Counted from the first letter of the stretch, positions 17,791-25,857 are shown. The stretch: 25,956 nucleotides of DNA from Pseudomonadota bacterium (GCA_043718025.1 JAYSWN010000136.1:1-25956); one strand, 5' to 3'. Made by a program: numbers and translations. The notes: generated from the letters alone by a model not told the origin.

Positions 17791-18621
17791 TTGAACCGCG
17801 TGGTTCTCTTGGGCTCAACGGGAATGCTGGGCTCTGACCTGGCGCTTTCGCTAGCTCAATATTTTTCTGAAGCCAGCGTGTTTTTGCCCTCGCGTGCCGA
17901 TTGTAATTTGGGCGATGAAAAAAATGGCGTGGCCTATCTCGAAAAAATTGGACCAAAATTCATTGTTAATGCCGCCGCATTTGCGAATGTGGATAAGGCT
18001 GAAACTGATCGGGACGCCGCTTTTATGGCCAATGTTTCTGGCCCCGAATGGCTGGCCCGCTACTCAAATGGCAGCGGCGCCAAACTCATTCACTTTGGCA
18101 CCGACCAGATTTTTGATGGGAAAAAGGGGCAGCCTTATAGTGAAACGGATTACCCAAATCCGCTGAATTACTACGCCGAAACCAAGTATTTGGGGGAGCA
18201 GACGGTTTTGAAATACCCCACCTCGGTGGTGATGCGGGTGCAGTGGCTTTACGGGCGAACTCGTGACCGGTTCACGCCGCTAAAGAACAAAACTGAATTC
18301 ACGGCCTTTAGTGATCAGTTTGGGGCGCCGACCTGGACCGAAGAGCTTTGTCGGTGGGCGATGCCGGTGATTTTGGGCGATAGCCGCGGCGTTTTTCATA
18401 TGGTGCACGACGACTACGCCTCGTGGGCCGATATTTTTCGTTTTGTGGCTGAAACCACCGGGTGGAAGGTGGTCATCAAAGAGATCAAAACGGAAGAGGC
18501 TAAGCTTGCGGCCAGGCGCCCCAATTTCAGCGTACTTTCGAACGCCAAACTCAAAGCCTTTTTAGGCCTAAACAGCCTTGGCAGCTACAAAACCCCACTA
18601 AAAAAATTCCTCCTTCCCTAA
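17791..18621 (+). CDS. rfbD: dTDP-4-dehydrorhamnose reductase
   Basis: GSTGMLG, NAAAFANVDKAE, TDQIFDG, PLNYYAETK, DQFGAPT, ARRP--SVL. Start uncertain: TTG 17791 preferred over ATG 17746. Confidence 0.9.
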   Translation: MNRVVLLGSTGMLGSDLALSLAQYFSEASVFLPSRADCNLGDEKNGVAYLEKIGPKFIVNAAAFANVDKAETDRDAAFMANVSGPEWLARYSNGSGAKLIHFGTDQIFDGKKGQPYSETDYPNPLNYYAETKYLGEQTVLKYPTSVVMRVQWLYGRTRDRFTPLKNKTEFTAFSDQFGAPTWTEELCRWAMPVILGDSRGVFHMVHDDYASWADIFRFVAETTGWKVVIKEIKTEEAKLAARRPNFSVLSNAKLKAFLGLNSLGSYKTPLKKFLLP

Positions 18622-18713
18622 AAGGTGCCCATCTACTTTTCAGCTGAAAAGGTCGCGGGCGCGAGTCGCACCCGGCACTTTTCCAGCTGAAAAGTAGATG
18701 GGCACCTTTTAGG
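18617..18713. repeat. 97-bp palindromic element (REP-doublet/REPIN or MITE-like)
   Basis: Perfect 30-bp inverted arms CCTAAAAGGTGCCCATCTACTTTTCAGCTG (18617-18646 and 18684-18713), with a partly self-complementary 37-bp centre. Confidence 0.85.
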
Positions 18714-18759
18714 AATGACGTGTCTTGCTCCATGGCGGGGGATGGACTAAAAACGTGGC

Positions 18760-19599
18760 ATGAACTCTGGCTCAACCCCTCCGGCCCAATTGCTTGCCCG
18801 CCTAGAAAAAGGCGGCAAGGCCCGCCCATTCTGGATTTGCGGCCCCTGCGTCATTGAAAGTCGCGACCTCGTCGCCAAAGTGGCCACCACTTTAGCCGGC
18901 ATTCAGCAACGCCTTGGCGTCGAGCTGGTATTTAAGGCTTCATTCGATAAGGCCAATCGCGCTTCCGTCGATAGTCAGCGTGGGGTGGGCATTCAAGAAG
19001 GGCTTGAGATCCTAGCCTGGGTCAAAAAAGAGTTCGGCTTTCCCGTACTCACCGATGTCCACGAGTCTTCTCAGGTCAGCGCCGTAGCCGAAGTGGTCGA
19101 CATTTTACAAGTGCCCGCATTCTTGTGTCGCCAAACCGACCTCATCAAGGCCGTGTGCCAGAGCGGTAGGCTGATCAACGTGAAAAAAGGGCAGTTTTTG
19201 GCGCCTCACCAGGTGCAACCGCTGGTCAAAAAAATCGAAAAATTTGGTGCCGAAGGCTACTGGATCACCGAGCGCGGGGTGACGTTTGGCTATGGCCGTT
19301 TGGTCGTCGATTTTGCCGCCTTCCCTGAAATAGAACGCTCGGGCGCAAAGCTCATCATGGACATCACTCACGCCGTGCAGTTGCCGGGCGGCGAGGGCGG
19401 AAGTAGCGGCGGCATTCGTGAAGCCATTCCGTATCTGGCGCGCGCCGCCGCCGCCGTGGGGGTTAGCGGATTTTTTGCCGAAACTCATCCCGAACCGGCC
19501 AAGTCTTTTTCGGACGGACCAAATGCTTGGCCACTTGATCAATTAGAATCGTTGATTCAAAAGACCCAAAAAATTGCTGAGGCAAGCCATGGTAAGTGA
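18760..19599 (+). CDS. kdsA: KDO8P synthase (metal-dependent class)
   Basis: GPCVIES, KASFDKANR, TDVHE, QVPAFLCRQTDL, NVKKGQFLAP, ETHP-P----SDG. Confidence 0.96.
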   Translation: MNSGSTPPAQLLARLEKGGKARPFWICGPCVIESRDLVAKVATTLAGIQQRLGVELVFKASFDKANRASVDSQRGVGIQEGLEILAWVKKEFGFPVLTDVHESSQVSAVAEVVDILQVPAFLCRQTDLIKAVCQSGRLINVKKGQFLAPHQVQPLVKKIEKFGAEGYWITERGVTFGYGRLVVDFAAFPEIERSGAKLIMDITHAVQLPGGEGGSSGGIREAIPYLARAAAAVGVSGFFAETHPEPAKSFSDGPNAWPLDQLESLIQKTQKIAEASHGK

Positions 19600-20572
19600 T
19601 TGGCTGCTCTCTGCCCGCCGCACTCTGCAAAAAGAGATCGCTTCGATTGGTGAAATGGAAAAGCGGCTCGGCAATGACTTTGCCACGGCCTGCGAAAAGA
19701 TCTTGAGCTGCCAAGGCACGGTGGTGCTCACCGGCATGGGAAAATCGGGACTCATCGCCCGAAAGTGGATGGCCACTTTTTCTTCCACCGGAACCACCTC
19801 TTATTTTCTCAATCCCGCGGAAGCCGCACACGGTGATTTAGGAATTTTGCGTGCCGGCGATTTACTCATCGCCCTCAGTTTTAGTGGTGAAACCGAAGAG
19901 CTGGCCAACGTGATTCGCTACGCCCGCGAAACCCAAACCTTTGTCATTGGCGTTACGGGTAACTCCACGAGCTCGCTCGCTAAAGAGTCCAACTTGGTCT
20001 TGAGCGTGGCGATTAGTGAAGAAGCGTGCCCGCTTAATCTCGCGCCTACGGCTTCCACCATTTGTATGATGGCACTGGGCGATGCGCTCGCGGTGGCGTT
20101 GATGGAGCGAAGAGAGTTTACCGAAAAAGACTTTGCGCGGTTGCATCCGGGCGGCAGTTTGGGCCGCCGCCTTTGGCTTAGGGTGAAAGAGCTGATGCAC
20201 AGAGAAGAGGCTCTGCCTTTGGTCGCCCCCGAAACTCCTTTTACCGAAGTGCTAATGGAAATGACCCGTAAGCGACTGGGGCTTGCGATCGTAAGCGAGC
20301 ATGGACAAGTTTTAGGCATCGTTACCGACGGCGATGTGCGCCGCCATTTTCAGCACCTCTCGGCCGACTCGGTAAAATCTAAAGCCCGCGACATGATGAC
20401 GACCAATCCCAAAAGTATTGGCGAGTCGGCTTTAGCGGTGGACGCGCGAGAAGTGATGGAAAAAAACCGAATTCAGCATTTGTTAGTTTATTCCGAAAGC
20501 ACACCTGCCGATGCCCCGCGATTATTGGGCGTGGTTCACCTCCAAGATTTGTTACGCGCCAAAGTGGTTTAA
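19589..20572 (+). CDS. kdsD: Arabinose-5-phosphate isomerase (KpsF/GutQ family, SIS + 2 CBS)
   Basis: GMGKSG, EAAHGDLG, EACPLNLAPT, HPGGSLG, TDGDVRR CBS pair. Confidence 0.93.
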   Translation: MVSDWLLSARRTLQKEIASIGEMEKRLGNDFATACEKILSCQGTVVLTGMGKSGLIARKWMATFSSTGTTSYFLNPAEAAHGDLGILRAGDLLIALSFSGETEELANVIRYARETQTFVIGVTGNSTSSLAKESNLVLSVAISEEACPLNLAPTASTICMMALGDALAVALMERREFTEKDFARLHPGGSLGRRLWLRVKELMHREEALPLVAPETPFTEVLMEMTRKRLGLAIVSEHGQVLGIVTDGDVRRHFQHLSADSVKSKARDMMTTNPKSIGESALAVDAREVMEKNRIQHLLVYSESTPADAPRLLGVVHLQDLLRAKVV

Positions 20573-20575
20573 GTC

Positions 20576-21115
20576 ATGGCCCCTCCCCAAACAATAAAAG
20601 CGGCCTTTATCGATCGTGATGGCACGATCATCGTGGAAAAAAATTACCTGCGCGATCCGAGTGCGGTGCAGCTGTTACCCGGTGCGGTGGATGGATTGAA
20701 AAAACTCAGCTCGCAAGGGTACCGGCTGTTTGTGGTGAGCAACCAATCTGGTGTAGGGCGCGGCCTTATCAAATTGGAAGAGCATGAAGCCGTGCACACA
20801 GAGTTCTCCAAACAGTTAGAGATCGCCGGGGTAAAGATTGAAGCGTATTTTTACTGTCTGCACACGCCTGACGCTAAATGTGATTGTCGCAAACCCCACA
20901 CCGCCCTTATTCCCAAAGCGTGGCCGCCGGGGGCGAGTGGCACACCGATCGATTTTAAACAATGTCTGGTTATCGGGGACAAACTTTCGGATCTGATGCT
21001 GGCCAGTCACTTAAACGCAAACGCGGTACTGGTAATGACCGGCTACGGCGCTAAGACCAAAGCCGAGTTGGGTACGCTTACCCCGCGCATTATTGAGTCG
21101 CTCGCTAGCTTCTAA
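20576..21115 (+). CDS. gmhB: D-glycero-D-manno-heptose 1,7-bisphosphate phosphatase (HAD IIIA)
   Basis: FIDRDGT, VSNQSGVGRG, Zn motif CLHTPDAKCDCRKP, IGDKLSD, LVMTGYG. Confidence 0.85.
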   Translation: MAPPQTIKAAFIDRDGTIIVEKNYLRDPSAVQLLPGAVDGLKKLSSQGYRLFVVSNQSGVGRGLIKLEEHEAVHTEFSKQLEIAGVKIEAYFYCLHTPDAKCDCRKPHTALIPKAWPPGASGTPIDFKQCLVIGDKLSDLMLASHLNANAVLVMTGYGAKTKAELGTLTPRIIESLASF

Positions 21116-21212
21116 TTACCAGAGTTTTGCCGAGTGAATTTTGTGGTCGACCCGTTAAGGATTTAGGCGCTCTAAGTTCCCCGTTCTACTAATCATCACA
21201 AAGAATCCTGAT

Positions 21213-21269
21213 AGCCCTGTCGCGCTGCCGTAATTTGTCACCGTGTCGCCGCAACGAGGGCTTTTTTTT
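21213..21269 (+). terminator. Probable intrinsic terminator (large loop) after gmhB
   Basis: AGCCCT-GTCGCG ... CGCAAC-G-AGGGC followed by T8 (21262-21269). Confidence 0.55.
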
Positions 21270-21289
21270 GACTGTTAGCCTTACATCCG

Positions 21290-21305
21290 TGGCACTTGAG
21301 TTGCG
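21290..21305 (+). promoter_or_regulatory. sigma54 (-24/-12) promoter
   Basis: TGGCACTTGAGTTGCG matches TGGCAC-N5-TTGC exactly, 21 nt before ATG 21327 and just after a terminator. Confidence 0.72.
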
Positions 21306-21326
21306 CTCCAGGGCGGGGTGACCGCA

Positions 21327-22244
21327 ATGGAGAAAAACAGCAATTTTTCAGTTCTTCTCAAGCCTCTTATCCTTCTCGCTATCTTGTTTTACTCCCCACT
21401 CCGGGCCGAATCCCCATCGCGGGCCGTCTTCGATATCGACGGGGTAATGGCTTACGGAATTGCCGAACCAGTTCTTGAACAATTTCCCGCTGAAACCTTT
21501 CCAAGTGCGCAAGGGCAAGCCGGCCAGGTGTTCTATTTCTTGACTCCAGGAACGGCCGAAACTTTGTTTGCGGTTCGAGAGGTTCTAGGCATGGAGTTAA
21601 CTTTTTTTAGCGCGGATCGTGAGGAGCGAAACCTTTCCCTGTTGCGTAACGTTCCCATTTTACCGGGGGTGAGTGCCCTTCAGTACGCAAACAATCGTCT
21701 TTTTTCGCAAGATCAACTCGTCAACATTCGAGAGTTCGGCAGAACTTACCATCCCGAAAATTCCATTTTTGCCGGAATACGAAAAAAAACGCTAGGTCTT
21801 GTTGGCGACGGCGACCTTGGTAATACGGTACTCATAGACGACTATTTTCAGTACACGCGAAGAGGCGAAGAAAAAAACCTGTTAAAGGTCGATGGCGCCC
21901 CTTCGTTTTTATCGCTGGTTGAAGAGATTCGGAAGGGCGCTTCAAAAGAAGAGATCGCTGACCGGGAAACGAGAAAACTGGTGCGGGTCGTCGGGCTGCT
22001 TGCTCTAGCCCAAGAAAGGGCGAAACAAGACGGGGTGTCGCTTACCGAGGCACTTCAAGTGATCCAATGGAATGGGGATGCTTATCGCGTTGGCGAGACT
22101 CATTCGGAAGAGGTGTACGAAAAAGGAAACCAGGTTTTCTCCTCTCCGGCGTTTGTTGCGGCGGCTCAAACCAAGGGGCTCAAATTCAACCCTGGCGCCT
22201 GCGCACTTTTCCACAAGCTCCTCGATCATCATCTAGAAAAATAG
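21327..22244 (+). CDS. Exported HAD-superfamily phosphatase, NIF/FCP1-like
   Basis: Signal peptide (...LILLAILFYSPLRA), motif I AVFDIDGV, motif II TFFSA, motifs III/IV KKTLGLVGDGDLGNTVLIDD. Confidence 0.65.
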   Translation: MEKNSNFSVLLKPLILLAILFYSPLRAESPSRAVFDIDGVMAYGIAEPVLEQFPAETFPSAQGQAGQVFYFLTPGTAETLFAVREVLGMELTFFSADREERNLSLLRNVPILPGVSALQYANNRLFSQDQLVNIREFGRTYHPENSIFAGIRKKTLGLVGDGDLGNTVLIDDYFQYTRRGEEKNLLKVDGAPSFLSLVEEIRKGASKEEIADRETRKLVRVVGLLALAQERAKQDGVSLTEALQVIQWNGDAYRVGETHSEEVYEKGNQVFSSPAFVAAAQTKGLKFNPGACALFHKLLDHHLEK

Positions 22245-22318
22245 CGTTTCCCCGTTGCCTATTTGCTCAACTTTACTTTTTGGGCCGTCGTGCGAAAATT
22301 GAAACAATAGGAGACACT

Positions 22319-23233
22319 ATGCGCCTTTGGCTATTGCTTCATCTCGCCGTCTTAACCGGTTACGCCGTACCCGGGACCTATGAAGAGGCCATGCGGGTTC
22401 GAGGGCTCATCGGACGTCCCATTGGCGTTTCTGAAAAGGCCGCTGAAAAGTACCTGTTGCCGGTGAGTCGTGGGTTTAGTCAAAAAGGGACTGAGCTGTG
22501 CTGGGCTTACTCCACCCTAAGCGGACTGGAATCAAACTACCTGGCAAAATTTCCGGATCGAAAATTGGAGTTGTCGCGAAGAGCGATGCAAATTTTCACC
22601 ATGGAGGACCGGTATCGCCGCTATATTAATGGCACCGAAAAGTTTCTATCCGAACGGGGCATCGCTTTGGATGCGTTGTCTCTCATTCGTCAAAATGGTT
22701 TGGTAGCGTTTGATGATTACGGGGACATTGTCGACCCTTATGGCGAATTCAATTTTGTCGTGAAGATCGCCGCCGCTTTAACCCTTGAAGGCAAACTGCA
22801 GACACTTTTAACCGGGCTCAACCAGAAGTACGGGTACCCACCTCTAGCCACTCATTTAGAGTCAAAGCAAGTCAGCCGTGGCGAATTAACGAACGCGGTT
22901 CTTATGAATCAGATCTGGCAGTCTTTCGCATTACAGAACGGGCCCACCGGCGGCTTAGGCAAACATCCGGATCCCGATGCTCGGGCTGAAGCCGTTTCGT
23001 GGTTTATTCCCCGCGAGGAATTTGCGGCGAAAATCAAAGAATCGTTAAAAGCGGATCATTCGGTAGAGGTAACGATCGGTGGGCATTCCATTTTACTCTA
23101 CGGCGCAGAATATAACGAACAGGGTGAACCGATTGTCTACTATATGAAAGATAGCTACCCAGACTACTTCTATAAATCGTTTCCGGAGAAGCTACATAAT
23201 TCGCTTCTCGAAATTTCTACGGCGGTTAACTGA
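22319..23233 (+). CDS. Exported papain-like (C1/clan CA) cysteine peptidase
   Basis: RBS AGGAG before ATG 22319, short signal peptide, SQKGTELCWAYS (Q55/C61), GGHSILLYG (H256), YYMKDSY (D278). Confidence 0.8.
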   Translation: MRLWLLLHLAVLTGYAVPGTYEEAMRVRGLIGRPIGVSEKAAEKYLLPVSRGFSQKGTELCWAYSTLSGLESNYLAKFPDRKLELSRRAMQIFTMEDRYRRYINGTEKFLSERGIALDALSLIRQNGLVAFDDYGDIVDPYGEFNFVVKIAAALTLEGKLQTLLTGLNQKYGYPPLATHLESKQVSRGELTNAVLMNQIWQSFALQNGPTGGLGKHPDPDARAEAVSWFIPREEFAAKIKESLKADHSVEVTIGGHSILLYGAEYNEQGEPIVYYMKDSYPDYFYKSFPEKLHNSLLEISTAVN

Positions 23234-23241
23234 AGCCCGGC

Positions 23242-24387
23242 CTATGGAAATAGTCGGTCGATATCTTCCTTAGTTAGGTAGTCGGCTGACTCATCGAAAG
23301 CGTCGGCTAAAAGTGATGGGTTTTGAAAAACTTCTGGCCCAAGGCTAAGGATTTTTGTTCCCAAACTGCCAACTACTTTGTCCCATTGATATAGATCTCC
23401 GTTTGTACTGAGGGCGTACCATCCGGCGGCGGAATATACCCATTTTTCCCCCTTGCCGTATTTGTTATCCTGGCGCGCATCGTAGGTGCTCAAACCCAAC
23501 TCGAAATCAATTTGCTTTAAATTGAACGGAGCCGAATAGGACGAAGCGGCTGCCGCCAGTACCCTAGGATCAGCGTAGGTCTCCTGGTTTAAGGCCGCAA
23601 TGAGTCGCCCCCCGAGCGGTTCTGTTCGGGCCGCTCTGTTCCAGACATACAAATTCCCATTTGGTAAAAGATACAACCAGCCCGCTTTTGAACGGAGCCA
23701 TTTTTCGTTTTGTTGAGCCCAGTTCTCATGAAGTTTTTCTAACTGAATATTGATCCATAACTTGCGGTCGAGATTCGTCAAAACGGTTGAGTCAACTACA
23801 GGTTCAGGGGTGATTAGCGAAGGCTTCGGGATAAACTTCAACTCTGGTATTTGCCCTGGCTCATGTATCAATACGCAGGGAATACCGAGCTTAGCACATT
23901 CTAAATATTCGTTTAGCTTAGAACCGTGGTTGAAGAGCGCCATGTACGGTGGGCGTTTCGGATCTTTACGGTCATAAATTCCTACGTAAACACATCTATC
24001 GTCTTTTGTTTTCAGGGCTCCCAGACTGATCAATCTTTTTGATTCCGTCCTACATTCCGCCAGGTCGGAACCAAATTTATGCAGTGTTTTACAGTATTCC
24101 CCAGATCGAATTGAGCATGCGGCGAGTGCGCAGCCGACGTAAATAGCACCCTTCATGTCCTCTATACGGGGGAGGTAAGTCCTTTGCTCATCATATGAGG
24201 GGTAAGCAAGCAGGCACCCCGCAGGCGAATAGGGCGCCATACTCATCCCCATCATATTGTAGCTAACCCTCGCCTCATCGAGTTTTTGCATACTGGCCAC
24301 CGGTTCCGATTTTGTGCAGGAACTCACGGTTATAAAAAAAAGAAGAGAAAAGAAACAAACCATTAATAGGCGAATATTCCACTTCAT
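23242..24387 (-). CDS. Lipoprotein with a Cys-rich N-domain, Pro-rich linker and two ~75-aa repeats
   Basis: Hydrophobic signal ending in VSS-C24; 8 further Cys in aa 58-171; repeats at aa ~203-280 and ~290-363. Confidence 0.75.
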   Translation of the reverse strand: MKWNIRLLMVCFFSLLFFITVSSCTKSEPVASMQKLDEARVSYNMMGMSMAPYSPAGCLLAYPSYDEQRTYLPRIEDMKGAIYVGCALAACSIRSGEYCKTLHKFGSDLAECRTESKRLISLGALKTKDDRCVYVGIYDRKDPKRPPYMALFNHGSKLNEYLECAKLGIPCVLIHEPGQIPELKFIPKPSLITPEPVVDSTVLTNLDRKLWINIQLEKLHENWAQQNEKWLRSKAGWLYLLPNGNLYVWNRAARTEPLGGRLIAALNQETYADPRVLAAAASSYSAPFNLKQIDFELGLSTYDARQDNKYGKGEKWVYSAAGWYALSTNGDLYQWDKVVGSLGTKILSLGPEVFQNPSLLADAFDESADYLTKEDIDRLFP

Positions 24388-24497
24388 AATTACCCCAAAA
24401 GAAAGAAATCACCCCAAGATAGGCAGATCCTCAACGCACAAGTTTTTTTTAGGAAGGTGCTTAAGATCGTAGCAGGTCGTTTACTGATTTAGAACGA

Positions 24498-24513
24498 CGC
24501 AATGCCTGTGCCA
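24498..24513 (-). promoter_or_regulatory. sigma54 (-24/-12) promoter of the lipoprotein gene
   Basis: TGGCACAGGCATTGCG on the minus strand (exact TGGCAC-N5-TTGC), 110 nt upstream of ATG 24387. Confidence 0.7.
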
Positions 24514-24632
24514 TACATGTTAGACAGCGTGAATACCAAGTGGCCGCAAGACGGCGATTTTTCAAACCCAACATTTCAATTTGGTGAGGCATCAGCCAGA
24601 ACGGTTTCCCAATCCTTTGACTCAAGCGATTC

Positions 24633-24686
24633 TGTGATTTTTGGGCGATATGGTCGCCCTAATTCCCCAGCGATATTGTCGCCCCG
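24633..24686 (+). repeat. IS terminal inverted repeat downstream of the transposase (IRR)
   Basis: TGTGATTTTTGGGCGATATGGTCGCCCTAATTCCCCAGCGATATTGTCGCCCCG aligns with the reverse complement of 25901-25956. Confidence 0.85.
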
Positions 24687-24705
24687 TTAGTAATTCATCG
24701 GCTTT

Positions 24706-25857
24706 TTAGGAAGCTTTGCGGAGTACGGGTTCGAAGTTTATTTCGTTGAGCTGGATGGGGCTGTTTGCGAAGAACGCTTTCCAGGTCAGATCCTGATAGG
24801 TCCTGATTTCGATTTTTTGGCGGTAGATTGAGTATTTTAGCGGCGAGGTTAGTCCGTATTCGACCCCGTCCCACGTCAGGGTGTGGTCCCGCTTCACCGT
24901 ACGATATTCTTTGAGGCAGAGGACCTCTTTTAGATCAGTCGTTTGGGGCAGAGGCGTGTAGCGCGACTCAAGCGATTTTGGAGGTTGGGTGTTTCTCAGT
25001 TTCCAGTAGTTGGGCAAAAATTGATTTTGCAGAAAGTCATTTGCGGCGGGCATGCGGTGGATGTTTCTCAAACGCATCTCCGGCATGATGCGATCCTGAA
25101 TCGTACCCCAGGCCCTTTCTATTCTGCCTTTTGCCTCGGCGGAGCCAGCGAAGATGATTCTAATTCCAAGCTCCTCGGCGGCCCGCCTGAACTGATTGAA
25201 GTGAGATCTTTTGCCGCCGCCGAGGCATCCCGCCTCATCGACGTAGAGGGCGTAGGGGACGCCTTTCTTCTCGATGATTTTCTGCAGTACGGTCATACAG
25301 TTAATGGTGTCCTCGGAGAGGAAAAACTCACCGTACGGTATATCGCTTGTGGCATCGTCGATTGCGGCAATCAAACACCACTCGTCCTTGCCGTTGTAGC
25401 GGTGAGGGCTACCGTCCATTTGCAGTAGCAGTCCTTCGCTCTGCATTCTCGATCTGCGGTACCGGGCAGTAGCTTTTCTTCGCTTGGCCCGCTTAACCAG
25501 TTTCGCTTCATGGCACCAACGCCTGAGCGTTTCATAGCCCAAATCGATCCCTTGTTCTGCTTTCAGCTTTTCCAAACAGTGCGTGATGTTGAAATCGAAG
25601 TAACGTTGCCTAACTAACTTCATCACCGTGGTTTTCATCTCTTCATTTTTCTTGTTCCACGGAGTTCTATTTCGGTTTCCGTGTACACCAGCCAATAAAC
25701 CCTTGGCTTCGATTCGCCGGGCGATGCGGGTGACCGTTCGTTCTCTTACTTCCAGAACTTCGGCGGCCTCCTTACGATTCAACTTCCCGTTCAAAAAGTC
25801 TGACACAGTACGGTAAACCAGCTGGCCTTGCTTACTCATGTAGATCCCCTCGTCCAT
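24706..25857 (-). CDS. ISNCY/IS1202-family DDE transposase
   Basis: N-terminal HTH (KEAAEVLEVRERTVTR), HGNRNR-P-N, LQMDGSPH, IDDATS, LYVD, KGRIER-WGTIQDR. Start at ATG 25857 preferred. Confidence 0.92.
   Translation of the reverse strand: MDEGIYMSKQGQLVYRTVSDFLNGKLNRKEAAEVLEVRERTVTRIARRIEAKGLLAGVHGNRNRTPWNKKNEEMKTTVMKLVRQRYFDFNITHCLEKLKAEQGIDLGYETLRRWCHEAKLVKRAKRRKATARYRRSRMQSEGLLLQMDGSPHRYNGKDEWCLIAAIDDATSDIPYGEFFLSEDTINCMTVLQKIIEKKGVPYALYVDEAGCLGGGKRSHFNQFRRAAEELGIRIIFAGSAEAKGRIERAWGTIQDRIMPEMRLRNIHRMPAANDFLQNQFLPNYWKLRNTQPPKSLESRYTPLPQTTDLKEVLCLKEYRTVKRDHTLTWDGVEYGLTSPLKYSIYRQKIEIRTYQDLTWKAFFANSPIQLNEINFEPVLRKAS

Noticed and set aside
18756..18770. TGGCATGAACTCTGG as a sigma54 promoter for kdsA
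   Set aside because: The -12 GC is absent and the motif overlaps the start codon.
22067..22318. 84-aa N-terminal extension of the protease ORF
   Set aside because: Overlaps the HAD gene. ATG 22319 has an RBS and starts a signal peptide.
24529..24537. GTGAATACC identical to the IRL tip
   Set aside because: Only 9 bp, preceded by C rather than T, and not followed by the GCGA-N4-GTCGC sites; probably chance.
24501..24632. Possible dif/Xer site targeted by the IS (ACATGTTAGAC resembles the XerD arm)
   Set aside because: No XerC arm or 11-6-11 layout, and it lies ~110 bp from the IS end rather than ~5 bp. The other flank is not visible.
24502..24690. 62-aa ORF between the lipoprotein and the transposase
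   Set aside because: Runs across the sigma54 box and into the IS terminal repeat; no RBS or motif.
24943..25428. 161-aa ORF antisense to the transposase
   Set aside because: Shadow frame with no recognisable motif or RBS.
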